Positions 10,390-25,757 of a DNA stretch of 64,000 bases are shown piece by piece. Origin of the DNA: the human T2T-CHM13v2.0 reference genome, Homo sapiens; the NCBI RefSeq assembly GCF_009914755.1, contig NC_060935.1; one strand, 5' to 3'. Under the pieces are notes generated by a model. The model was not told the DNA's origin and made no database searches. It saw only the letters and a program-made list of their open reading frames with translations. How positions within the stretch are numbered: the first letter of the stretch is position 1; each line of letters starts with the position of its first letter. A program made the position numbers and the translations under genes.

Positions 10390-11398
10390 TCAGGGTCTGT
10401 CCCCCTGCAGCGGGAGGCCCACTGTAGTCTGGTGAAAAGCAGCCAGTGATCTCCCAGGGATGCAGGGAGGGAGGCGTGAGGAGCGCCTGTGTGTGCTGCC
10501 CTCTGAGGTGAGGTGGCCAGGGAGAGGGGGAAGCAAAGAGCACAGGGTGGGACACGCGGGCTGACCAGCTGAGGCAGCTCATGATGGTCCTTTCTTAGAA
10601 AGTCAGCCCCTCCGTGCCCCCTGCCACCACTCTGGCACCAACCCAAGGCAGGTGACCTGACTATGCGCCTAGAGGGAGATTTGCAGCCTCTTCCTACAAA
10701 GCCAAATTGCTTCCAGCTGTCCCTGATGTCCTGTGTCCTCAGCCTTGGACACCTGCAAGGCAAAGCCAGAGTTCAGCTGGGGGTGAAGGGCAGTAAACGT
10801 TTGACCAGAGCCCAGAGACTCTCAGCTCTGTCCTCGGGAGGCACTTCTGGCACCACCAAGGCAGGGGGAAGGAGCCCCTGCAGCCTCTGAAATCCAACCG
10901 ACCCAGTCCAAGTCCCACCTCCTCCTAAGGCTGTGCAACCCGCTCACCGAACCACCTGCCCTGTGGTTTCCTCCCATTTAAACTGGGGATGAAAGGGCTG
11001 TTGCGAGGACTCCAGGACATAATGCGCCTGAAAGCACAGTACAGCCTGCAGCCATAGCGACTTCAGGGCATCTCTAGGCATCCTCCACAGGTGGCCGCCC
11101 GGTCACCTTGCGGGGAAGGAGAGGCGGAGGGCTGACATGAGGGACTGTTAGAAGCCTGGTCTTCAGACTCCCTCCAAGCTGCCCTTCCTGCTGAGCTGAA
11201 GACGCCCTCCCTGGCCTCGGGATAGGCAGCTCAGCAGCAGAGGCGACGCTGGGGAGGGAGGCAGGCTGGGCCAAGGCCTAGAAGACTGTTGGTGCCGCAG
11301 CCAGTTTAGCGGCCTGCTGTTCCTCTGAGCCCATCCTGCAAGCCCAGGTTAGAATTAGACGGCTCACAGACAGGCCCACACGCCGACATCCCGCCAGC

Positions 11399-11460
11399 CC
11401 GGCAGGTGGCAGGAACGCAGCACCTCCCGAGCAGGCTGAGGACCAGACGCCCCCTCGTGG
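11399..11460. promoter_or_regulatory. Pair of CTCF motifs between the CD5 and VPS37C 3' ends
   Basis: CCGGCAGGTGGCAG on + at 11399-11412; CCACGAGGGGGCGT on - at 11447-11460. Confidence 0.6.
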
Positions 11461-11747
11461 CATCCTGTGGCCTTGCATGCCATTGCTCTCAGTCCAGGAC
11501 CAGGCAAACGTAGGCTCCAATAGGAAAACGGCTAAGAAAGAAAGCGGAAGAGCGGGAGAGGGAAGGTAAATACTCCCAGGGCCAGCCCTGGGGCGAGCGG
11601 GCAAGGGAGGGCTGACATCCAGACGGATGGGGCTTTGGGATGTGAATCACAGAGGCCCCTCCAGAGAGCACGATCTGAAGGCTGCAGAAGAGTTCAAGGC
11701 ACCCACATGCAGCCACGTCTTCACTCAAACCCAGCAACACCACACCA

Positions 11748-13312
11748 CATGTGACTCATCAAAGTTTATTATGGCAATTAATTACACAAACATACAGGCG
11801 GTCGGTCATCCAGCTCAGAAGCACTCAAACCAGTAGAGTCCATTAGTGATTTCTCTTTATAAATAACTTAGGAGAAGCAAGCACATTTGGTAAAGAACCG
11901 GCAGCGCTGACCTAGCGTCACGCGGATGGCACGTAGGCCGGGGAGGGGCAGGCACCAGAAGGTCAAGGTCCCTCCTTGGCCCCAGCAGCCCCGGGCCCAC
12001 CAGATGCTGCGTCCTCAGGTAGTGGACATTTCAAGGCACGTACAACTTCCTAAGCAATAGCAGCTCCAGGCTCTTCCCTGAGACCTGGTTTACCTCTGGA
12101 ACAACCAAGTTAACACTCATCACACCCCCTTTGTCTATTGTATTCATTCTTATTACTGAACATGCCCCAAACCCCACAGTGCAGGGGGCTGCATATTAAA
12201 CAGAGACATAATCCCCACCCTTTACATTCTGAAGACAGGGAGGTGTGAAAAAATTGCCCCTAATGTAGTGATGGTGTTTTTTAAAAAGCACCATTTGGGA
12301 AGTAAAGTTAGGGCCTCTTTTGATGCCTGTCTTAGGATGGACACTGGGGGTGGGAGGATTACATCAACAGAGTGAGAAGGGGAGGGGAAGGGAGGGGGCT
12401 GCTTGTGAATGAGATTCAAGGCACTAAAGGAGTGGATGGATGCGTGGGCCTCGGGCAAAGTCGCCCTAAAGTGGGGACCCCAGAGGAGAGAAGGGAGGGT
12501 GGCTGGGGAGGTGACCTGGCCCTCCAATCCTAAACAAGCCCCAATGTGACCACAATCTCCAGGGCTAGAGCTGCCCGCTTCCCTCTGGCCAGAGGGCCCA
12601 AGGCAGCCCCCTGGGTTCTCCAACCACTGCAAGCAAGGTCTGGGGACAACCTTGACAACCCCCAGCCTTCTTGCTGGGCTGGCGCTGCTGCCACTCAAAT
12701 AGGACATAGGACAAGCTTGTCTGACATCAGCTACTGGAGTTAAATTATGGCTTTATAGGACTCAAACCTGTTGTTTTTCCCAACTCTGTTCTCTCCCTCC
12801 AATCCAACCCCTGCCACAGTGCATGGGCAGGCTAGCCTTGAATGGACTGGACAGACACCAACAGCTGCATCCCTTGGCATGGGGCTCCATGTCAAATATG
12901 CCAAACCCCAGGGGAGATGGAGGGGGCTGGAGACCCGGGGCCTCCTCATAGAGATAACTCTGCACTGGGTTCAAATGGCCCTGAGTGCAGCCGCAAGTAG
13001 ATGCTCATAAATGCGCACATGCGCTCACTCACACAGACACCGGCGAGAGGTGCTGGACTCCAGCCTGGCTAGCACCGCTGCAGCCAGGCACTGAAAGGAG
13101 GGGCTTCCAGGAGGACCTCTGGCCAGAAGGCCAGCAAGTGCCATGACCAGTCACACCGCCCAGTGCCTTGTCCCTCCAAGGCCTCTGGGTGCCGACGCAA
13201 GTCCACAGGGAGCACCAACGCCACTTCCAGTTGACCCTCGAATCTCGGCGATGGCTGGGCCAAAGGTTGAGCGTGGGTGGGACTAGGGAGGGGCCGAGGG
13301 CCAGGAGTGTGT
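11748..13312 (-). other. VPS37C: VPS37C 3'UTR (part of exon 5); 3' end approximate
   Basis: Lies between the TAG stop at 13313-13315 and the AATAAA at 11765-11770. Confidence 0.8.
11765..11770 (-). terminator. VPS37C poly(A) signal AATAAA
   Basis: TTTATT on the + strand ~1.55 kb past the stop codon; GU-rich downstream element on - (from the + strand cacaccacacc-like tract at ~11735-11748). Confidence 0.8.
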
Positions 13313-14209
<897 letters not shown>

Positions 14210-14609
14210 TCACTAGAATGTCAGTCCCTTGAAGGCGAGGACTGTCTCTGTCGTGGTCACCTCTGTCCTGGCACCTTGGCATCATGTCAGGCCCACAGTG
14301 GCCACTGCATATATGTGCTGAACACCTGGATGAGCACTAGCCCAGGGACTGGGAGGGCCTAGAAGCTTCTTCCACCCAGACACAGAGTGGACAGCACCAG
14401 TTTGCCCACAGAGGCTGAAGAGGTGGCCGGAGGGAAGCAGGAAGCAGGGAGAGTGGAGTAGGGAGCTGGCCTCAGCCCCTGGGGGCCTCCTGCTGTGCTG
14501 CCCTACCATCCAGGGCTGCGAGCTGCCCTTGTCCACTGTCACCCGTTTCTGCTTCAGCTAGTGGGACTGGGTTCCTGTTATTTATACCCAAAAGGCCTCC
14601 CCAGGACTA

Positions 14610-15026
<417 letters not shown>

Positions 15027-15269
15027 CTAGACCTTGGCCAAGCCTACCCTACGCCATCCTGGGATGGGAAATGACTTGGGCTTCAGAGCCCAACTGACCC
15101 AGTTCTGCCTGCCAGCAAGGGGAGTTACCTAACCTGAGTGTCAAGCTTTCTCACCATCAAGACAAGGACCACCCTCCCACCTTCAAAGGTGACAGGTCCT
15201 GGGACACAGAGAGCCCAGAGCAGCTCAGGAACAGCTCAGTAAAGCATAGAAGCTGAGCTGCCAAGGGTA

Positions 15270-15470
15270 ACGGCAGCAGCAAAGGATGCAGGCTGTCTCA
15301 ATTCAAATCCCAATTCCACCTATTTCTAAGCTGGGTGACCTTAGTCAAGTTATTGAATCTCTCTGAGCCTCATTTTTCTTACCTATAAAATGGAGTAACA
15401 ACAGTACCCACCCTTCTATGGCTGTTGTGAAAAAATATACATAAAGCACTTAGCACAGGGCTGGGAACAC
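15270..15470 (+). mobile_element. MIR (representative copy; others at ~1880-2030, 24510-24760, 29380-29560, 30820-31010, 32920-33110, 41420-41600, 55350-55540)
   Basis: MIR core gtgaccttagtcaagttattgaatctctctgagcctcattttt...ctataaaatgg. Confidence 0.7.
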
Positions 15471-15511
15471 GGTGGGCCTCCGTCCAACCCTGAATGGGGA
15501 CCCTGAGTTCA

Positions 15512-15700
<189 letters not shown>

Positions 15701-16945
15701 CTAAAAGGGCAGGACAACAGAACCTAAGGAAAACGTCCATCACCCTTAACCTCCTGGCAGCCTGGGTCAGGGGCTTCGGGGACACATTGCTCACCTTGGG
15801 GCGGAGAGGCTCATCCTTGGGGCAATACTCAGCCCTCAACTAGTCAGACAAAGCCAGGTTCAAACCCTGAATGAAGTACTCTGCGCCTCACTTAATCCTT
15901 AACCCACAGCCCACGAGGTGGAGACGCATGGGAACCTGGCGCTGAAGGTGAAGAGCTCGCCCAAGGCCATGTGATTGATATCCATGATGGAATGTGCAGA
16001 GCCCCAAGGAGGGGGTGGACCAATTTACATGAGAAAAAGCAGAGGCTTTCCAGGAGGGAGGGGATCAAAAGTCCCAATTACTTATCCCCAAGCTTCAGAG
16101 TCAAGAGACCTACCATGGTGGGCTCAGGTGGTCCTGGCCAGATGCACAGGCAAGACATATAATGAGGCCCCAAATAAAGTTATTGTGAGGGGTGAGAGAG
16201 CCAGGTCCCTGGACCAGACCATGCCACTGACTTAGGAGAGACCTGGACCTGCCTCCTATGCCACACATGTGTCCTGCAGAGAAGCTGCACAGATGAGCCA
16301 GAGGGGCCACCCTGGACATTCCCTGCTGCAAACACTTCCCCAAGCCAAGCGGCACTTTACCCCTCTGCCAGGCTCTTCGTCGCTGCCAGCCAGTGAGACA
16401 GAAGCCAAGGCACCCTTGCCAGCTGTTGTGATGTGACGCCCCATGCATCCGCCAAGGAGTCCTCTTCCTAAGAGGAGGGCTGAGGAGTCAGACCTGCATG
16501 CTGAGCCAGCAGTGACAGTACACTGTCAGCAGCATGGGGCACCAGAAGAGAGGCCTCGGCACCCGCCACAGGGCGCAGGGAACAGCTCAGCAAGACTGAC
16601 TCTAAGTCAGGCCCTCACTGTGCAGCTTCTCTGTGCAGCTTCTCCACCATGGTCAGCATGTGACAGACCAAGCCAGACTGGCTCATGCCCCACGAGACAT
16701 AGGAAGCCCGTGGGCATTCTGGAAGAGGCGGCCTCGGGGAAAGGCTACCCCCTCTGCTGTCCCAGCTACAGGGGCCGAGGTCCTGCACTCTGGGGTAGGC
16801 CCATTGCCTCTTCTTTGTGCTCCAGATTGGAAAGAGGGATACCACAGCTTCCTGCCCTCCCTGAGCCCTCCAGACAAGGCTGCCAGGGTTCAGGGATGTA
16901 GGGCCCAGGGTCTGTCCAGCCTAGAGCCCACGCTGCTGCCTTCTA

Positions 16946-17205
16946 CAGACATGGTCTCATTCTGTCGTCCAGAATGAGTGCAATAGCATGACCATAGGTC
17001 ACTGCAGCCTCAAACTCCTGAGCTCGAGCAATATTCCCTTCTCAGCCTTTCCAGCAGCTGGGACTACAGGCATGCACCACCACGCCTGGCTAAGTTCTTT
17101 TATTTTCTGTAGAGATGGGGTTTCCCTACGTTGCCCAGGCTGGCCTCAAACAATCCTCCCATCCCATCCTTCCAATAGCTGGGACTACAGGCACAAACCA
17201 CCATA
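16946..17205 (-). mobile_element. Diverged Alu (AluJ-like)
   Basis: Reverse Alu motifs (cactgcagcctc, gctgggactacaggc). Confidence 0.75.
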
Positions 17206-17459
17206 CGTGACTCTCAATCTAATTTTTATTAGCCATGGAAACTTTACTTACATGGCTGACCCAGAGTGAAAGGCCTAAAGCCCTCCTGCTCACCCATCCC
17301 TTGCAGGGCCCCATGGATCCTCTGGCCTCCCTATAGGTCCACTGCCTTTTCCCTGTGTCTAAACCAACAAATCGACGCTGTATCATTTTCCCCTAAATCT
17401 TGCCCTACTTATTTCTGCTCCCTGTCTCCACAGCCTTCTTACATCTTTCTCCACGAAGT

Positions 17460-18045
<586 letters not shown>

Positions 18046-18144
18046 TTGCATATCGATGCATATTAGGGGTTCAGTGTGAAGTCCTCCCAGTCACTGAAAA
18101 GAGGTCAGTAAGACTAAAAATAGGTAAATAAAAGATGTTTTCAC

Positions 18145-18635
<491 letters not shown>

Positions 18636-20181
18636 CTATGCACACTCTTCTACACGGAGAGAGCCCCTGCCAACTCCCTTCTCTCCTAGCCGTGTCCATG
18701 TCCCGAACTAATAGAGAGCTCCTGTCTCTTCTCACAATCCCACTGTGACTCAATGACTGTCTTATAGCCCACGATAAAAAAGTTTGCCAATGGTCTGAAG
18801 TCTAAGTGGCTTGTCCTGCTTCATTTCTACCTGATCCACGAGTGTTTTTTCCCCTCAGAGAGTTCAGATCGATGGGACAGGTGTGGCTGCACACCACAAA
18901 ATTCAAGTGCCTTCTGCCCAAGAGGTCGCTTCTGCTCACATTTTCCATGATTCTCTGCTTTGTCACGATTCTGTCAGCCTGCTCAGCTCTGCACACTCTA
19001 GAAGCAGGCCTTGGGCTTCCCATGGCACCATGCTCACAGTGCTTAATATGTGACAAAGGAACGCAGGCAGAGCTGCACTGTGCCCAGCACCAGGCTGGGC
19101 AGGAGCAACGCCCTGGCAGAGCTCACAGCCTCACAAGCCATTTGAGTCAGCCCTGGGGCTTCGACAAGCAAGCTTTGCTCCACGTCCTTGCTGAGGACTA
19201 AAAAAGCCCTAGGGTGGTAGGATGTGGCCCATGGTGTCCACCTCTCCTCACAATCTCCCCACCAGGAGATCTTTTCAACCCAATGTTCAGTCACCTCCAA
19301 CCCCAGTTAAGATTCCTCACTTAGGCAGTAGAGCAGGCAGCAGGCAGCAAGAGCACAAGCAGAAACAGGAGCAGGGGACTCACCGGCCTGGCGCCCCCCA
19401 TGGCATGGAAGCACGGAGACACTGGATGGGGGAACGTCATTATTTTTTTCAAAATACAAGTTCACAGAAGAGACACACCATACCTGCTCATCCGTGCAAG
19501 TAAACATGTACTCCAAATGCAAATCAAAGGAGCTGGCATTGCTTGCGTGTGTGTCTCTCCCTCACATTAGGTATAGGAAGCGGGAGCTTCCAGCACAACG
19601 GATGAGCTGCAGCCACTCAATGGGTGACCGTGGATATTTCTGGCTGTGTGGCCTGATCTCTCCCATCTCACAGGGGACATCCCAGGGTCACAGGAGATGC
19701 TAGGGGCAGGGAATGTCCTTTATTAAGTGTAAATCTCTGCACAGGCAGGATTCTGTTTCTTTCCTCAAGGACTCTGTGATTAAGAACTAGAGGATTAGGG
19801 GCCAGTTATGAGGAGAAACAGGATCAAATGGGAGACGAGCTAGATCTCAGCCCAAGAATGGCTCCTAGAAGCCTTAGAGTCACCTGGAGATATGGGATCG
19901 CACAAGGCTCTTGGGGAAAAGTGGGTACAAAACCATACCAGTGCTTTGAGGAGCTGCCTCCAGATTTGGGCTGGAACGACAGTGTGGGGACTCCTGGGGT
20001 ATCTGGGTCCTGGGAAGGCACCAGGAGGCAGTGGACTCCCCAGCACTCCCAAGAACTCCCAGGAACTGGTCTGAAGCCTCAGGGATTCCTCTGAGTCCAA
20101 ACCAGGATGAAGTTCACAGAAAAGGGAGATGAATTTGGCCAAAACTTCCAATAAGCCAGCATCCTTAAAAAGCGCCTCTTA

Positions 20182-20499
<318 letters not shown>

Positions 20500-21236
20500 T
20501 CAGCCCACCCCCTCCCCAGGGAGATCAAGGAGCTGCTCCCTCCACCCTCTCATGAGCAACAGGATATGTGAAAGTACTTGCAGCCAGAAGCAAAACCACA
20601 ATCCTCGGGTGCTAGATGGAGCTCCCCAAGGAGCAGAGAGGAAAAGGCAGGAGGAGAGGGCCAGGCAGCAGGGATGGAGACTAAGTTTGGCCCAAGGCTG
20701 CCCGCAAGCACTGATGCCATCATGCCCTCTGGTAGGTGTCTATTTCTGTCTGAACCAGAAATACACCAAGCTCCACACATGGGGGCTTTGCTGGCTTCGA
20801 CATCACTGGTTCAACTATGTCACTGCTTGTTATATTTAGTGCTCCAGAAACCTCAGGTTTCCCTCCAGAATTCCCCTTAACTGCAGCCCTCTCCATGTGC
20901 CACCAAAATGGACTGTCATATGCGCATCCTCATAGAAGCAGGAAAAAAAAAAAATCAGCCATTTGGCCTAGCAGGCAATCAGGAAGGAAAGAAATTGACC
21001 GACCCAAAGAGGACATCGCTTTGACAGAGAGCTAGTGTCAGCGGCCCTCTCCCTGTCACTCTGCCTAGAGGGCCATCGATTGTCTGTGTGGTAGATGGGT
21101 CACAGCCAGGCCCAGGAGGGAACCCCAGGGACTGAAGAGAGGAAGCACAAATACACCCGGCACCTGCTTCCTTTCTGCTGACAGGGTCCTCCATTTTCAT
21201 CTGGTTTGTATCTCTTCCAGAGGTGCATTCCATAGC

Positions 21237-21540
21237 TTTTTTGTTTTTTTTTTTTTTTTGAGACATGGTCTGGCTCTGTTGCCCAGGCTGGAAAGCAATG
21301 GTGCAAACAGGGCTCACTGCAGCCTTGATCTCCTGGGCTCAAATGATCCTCCCACCTCAACCTCCCGATAGCTGGCACTATAGGTGTGCGTTACCACCTC
21401 CAGCTAATTTTTAAATTTTTTGTAGAGACAGGGTCTCACTATTTTGACCAGGCTGGTCTCGAACTACTGGGCTCAAACAATTCTCCTGCCTTGGCCTCCC
21501 AAGGTGCTGGGATTACAGGTGTGTGCCACCATGTCCAGCT
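21237..21540 (-). mobile_element. AluJ-type element
   Basis: Full reverse Alu with flanking TSD CCATAGCTTT. Confidence 0.9.
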
Positions 21541-22422
21541 CCATAGCTTTAATGTTGTTTTTTCTCATCACAAAGATTATGTTAGTTTTCAAAAGATTCC
21601 AGCACCACAGAAATCTAGGGTCCTCCACAGCCCACCTGCACCAGCACTCAGCTAGGGTGAGCCAAGGCTGACAACCCAGCTGAGAAAGCGTTCTAGAATC
21701 AAGGACCAAGGTTATAGCTGTGTGGTCAGATGCACCCTTCTCCAGGTCTCAGCTTCCCCATTTGCAGTAGGAAGCGAACGGCATCTCCTAGGGCCATCAG
21801 AAAGGTAAGAGGAGGACTGAGAAACGACCACATGTTCCCATGTACCAGGAAGTCCCAGTGCACTCCTCAGGGGACCCTCCCCCCACCCACTCAAGGGTGC
21901 CCTGGTTTAAACAACAAATCATATGGCCACTGATAAAGAACTATCCATACAGGGACGAGACCAGTATTTGTTATGTCTTGAGGGTTAAAAGTGGCCCCCA
22001 ACCTCTAAGCAGGGATTGCCAAACTTCAGTGTGCACCTGAATTCCAGCAAAGCTCACTGACCATACAGGTGGCCAGCCCCTCCCACAGAGCTCTGCATTA
22101 GTAGGTCAGGGCAGGGCCCGGAAATCCGGAATCCCTCCTGGAGAGACTGACACAGTTGGTCCAGGGCCAGATTTTGAGAAGATGACAGCTCTATGCCAGT
22201 CCTATCACAGTGGAGACCCCTGGTTTCTGAGTACATGCAACGTCAGTTTTCCCTGAGCTGTTCTCCCCTTACGAGGAGAGGTAGCAGCAGCCATGTCATA
22301 TGCAGACAGGGTATCAGAAAGGTTACAGTCACAGCCAGCAAACAGCAGAGCCAAAATTCAAACCTGCATTCTGTCCACACCTCACCTTACCGCTCCAAAA
22401 CCCTTGGTCTAAAAGCCCCAGA

Positions 22423-23077
<655 letters not shown>

Positions 23078-23609
23078 TCAAGTCCAGGCCCTGCCCCTCG
23101 CACAGGTGGAACCTCCCTGAGCCTTGAATTCTTCACCTGTAAAATAAGACTCACAACAGCCCCTCCCTCACAGGGCGGGTGCGAGGTCCAATGGGATAGC
23201 ACAGGCGGTGCTGGCTCGGTGCCAGGCCTGGCCTGGAACAGAACTTGCAGGGCCACAGCAGCTGCACCCATATCGGCTCCACCCAAGGGGAGGCCCACCA
23301 CTGAGCATCTGCTCACTCCTGCAGTCAGGGCTGAGCACTGCAGGTGCAGCCAGGTGGAGGATGGAAGCTCTGTCGCAGGCAGCTAGCTGACCACACACAA
23401 ACAGCACAGTCAGCACCACCATCTGTGAAAGCACCCAGCAGGTTCAGGACTCAGTCTCATACACGGAGGTCTCCACATGTGGGGAGGCCCCGAGAAGAGC
23501 CGAGATTCCCTGGGACAGGCACCAACTCCCCTCCAGCTGCTTACCACAGGAGGTGCCACCAGATGTTTGACAAGTATCACTTTTAATAAGGTAACACAGC
23601 CTCCAAAAA

Positions 23610-24275
23610 CACATCGCAAACTTTTGGGTCTCAGGACCCCTTTTCACTCTCAATGTTAAGGAGGACTCCAAAGAGTTTTGTTTATGTGGATTATAGCTAT
23701 CGGTATTTACCATGTTAGAAATTAAAAGTGGAAGAAAAATTTTTTTTCAAACAGGGTCTCACTCTATCGCTCAGGCTAGAGTGCAATGGCATGATCTCAG
23801 CTCACTTCAGCCTTAATCTCCCAGACTCAAGCAATCCTCCCACCTCAGCCTCCTAAGTAAACCGGACTACAGGCATGTGCCGCCACACCCAGCTAATTTT
23901 TTCAAATGTTTTGTAAAGATGGGGTCTCACTATTTGATCCAGGTTGGTCTCAAACTCCTGTACTCAAGTAATCCTCCCGCCTTGACCTCCCAAAGTGCTG
24001 GGATAACAGGTGTGAGCCACCACACCCAGAAGAGAAATTTTTAAAATACAAGAATACACAAACACTACCTTCCATTAGCTGCCAGAATGATGACATGATC
24101 ATGGGTCATGCAGCCTCTGAAAACTGCACTGTACACTCATGCAAGAAAAGAGACTGAAGAAAGAAAATAATGTCTCAGAATGATTATGAAAACTACTCTA
24201 ACCTCATGGATGGCCTGAAAGGGTCTCTGGAAACCTCCAGGAGTCCCCCTGAAACACACTTTGAGAGCCACTGGT
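23610..24275. mobile_element. hAT-Charlie non-autonomous DNA transposon (Charlie1b/MER119-like) interrupted by an antisense Alu (23740-24028)
   Basis: End motifs ggtctcaggacccc and cacactttgagagccactg typical of the Charlie1 family. Confidence 0.65.
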
Positions 24276-24299
24276 CTAGAGGTTAAGAGATGAGACTCT

Positions 24300-24493
24300 A
24301 AGGGGTGGGGGGAGGGGGGAGGGGTAGCATTGGGAGATATACCTAATGCTAGATGATGAGTTAGTGGGTGCAGCGCACCAGCATGGCACATGTATACATA
24401 TGTAACTAACCTGCACAATGTGCACATGTACCCTAAAACTTAAAGTATAATAAAAAAAAAAAAGAATAGCTAAAAAAAAAAAAAAAAAAAAAA
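24300..24493 (+). mobile_element. 5'-truncated young L1 3' end (L1PA2-type)
   Basis: Near-perfect primate L1 3'UTR with GAG (not ACA/ACG) and CTTAAAGT diagnostics; 15-bp TSD AAGAGATGAGACTCT at 24285-24299 and 24494-24508; TT|AAGA endonuclease site. Confidence 0.92.
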
Positions 24494-24858
24494 AAGAGAT
24501 GAGACTCTGGGGCCAGACTGCCTCGGTATGAACCCATCTCTGCCACTTACTGTGTCATCTAACCCCTTTGTGCCTCAGTTTCTCAATCTGTAAAACAGAG
24601 CGGCGTGCGGAACATAGTAAGTACCACTAAGCATTTGCTGCCATGAGGACCCTGGCAACCATCTTAGACAGTGGGCGTCAATATCACCCCCACCTCACAG
24701 GGGAGGCTGGGAGAGGTGACGTTACTTGCCCAAGGTCATGCAGTTTGGAATGAAAATGCCTTTACAGGTCCAGGGATTCTCAACATGTGCCTCATGGAGT
24801 CCCTGAGTCCTAAAATCCTCCTCCAGACCTAGAACTCTAGAATCTCCAGGATTCTTAA

Positions 24859-25757
<899 letters not shown>

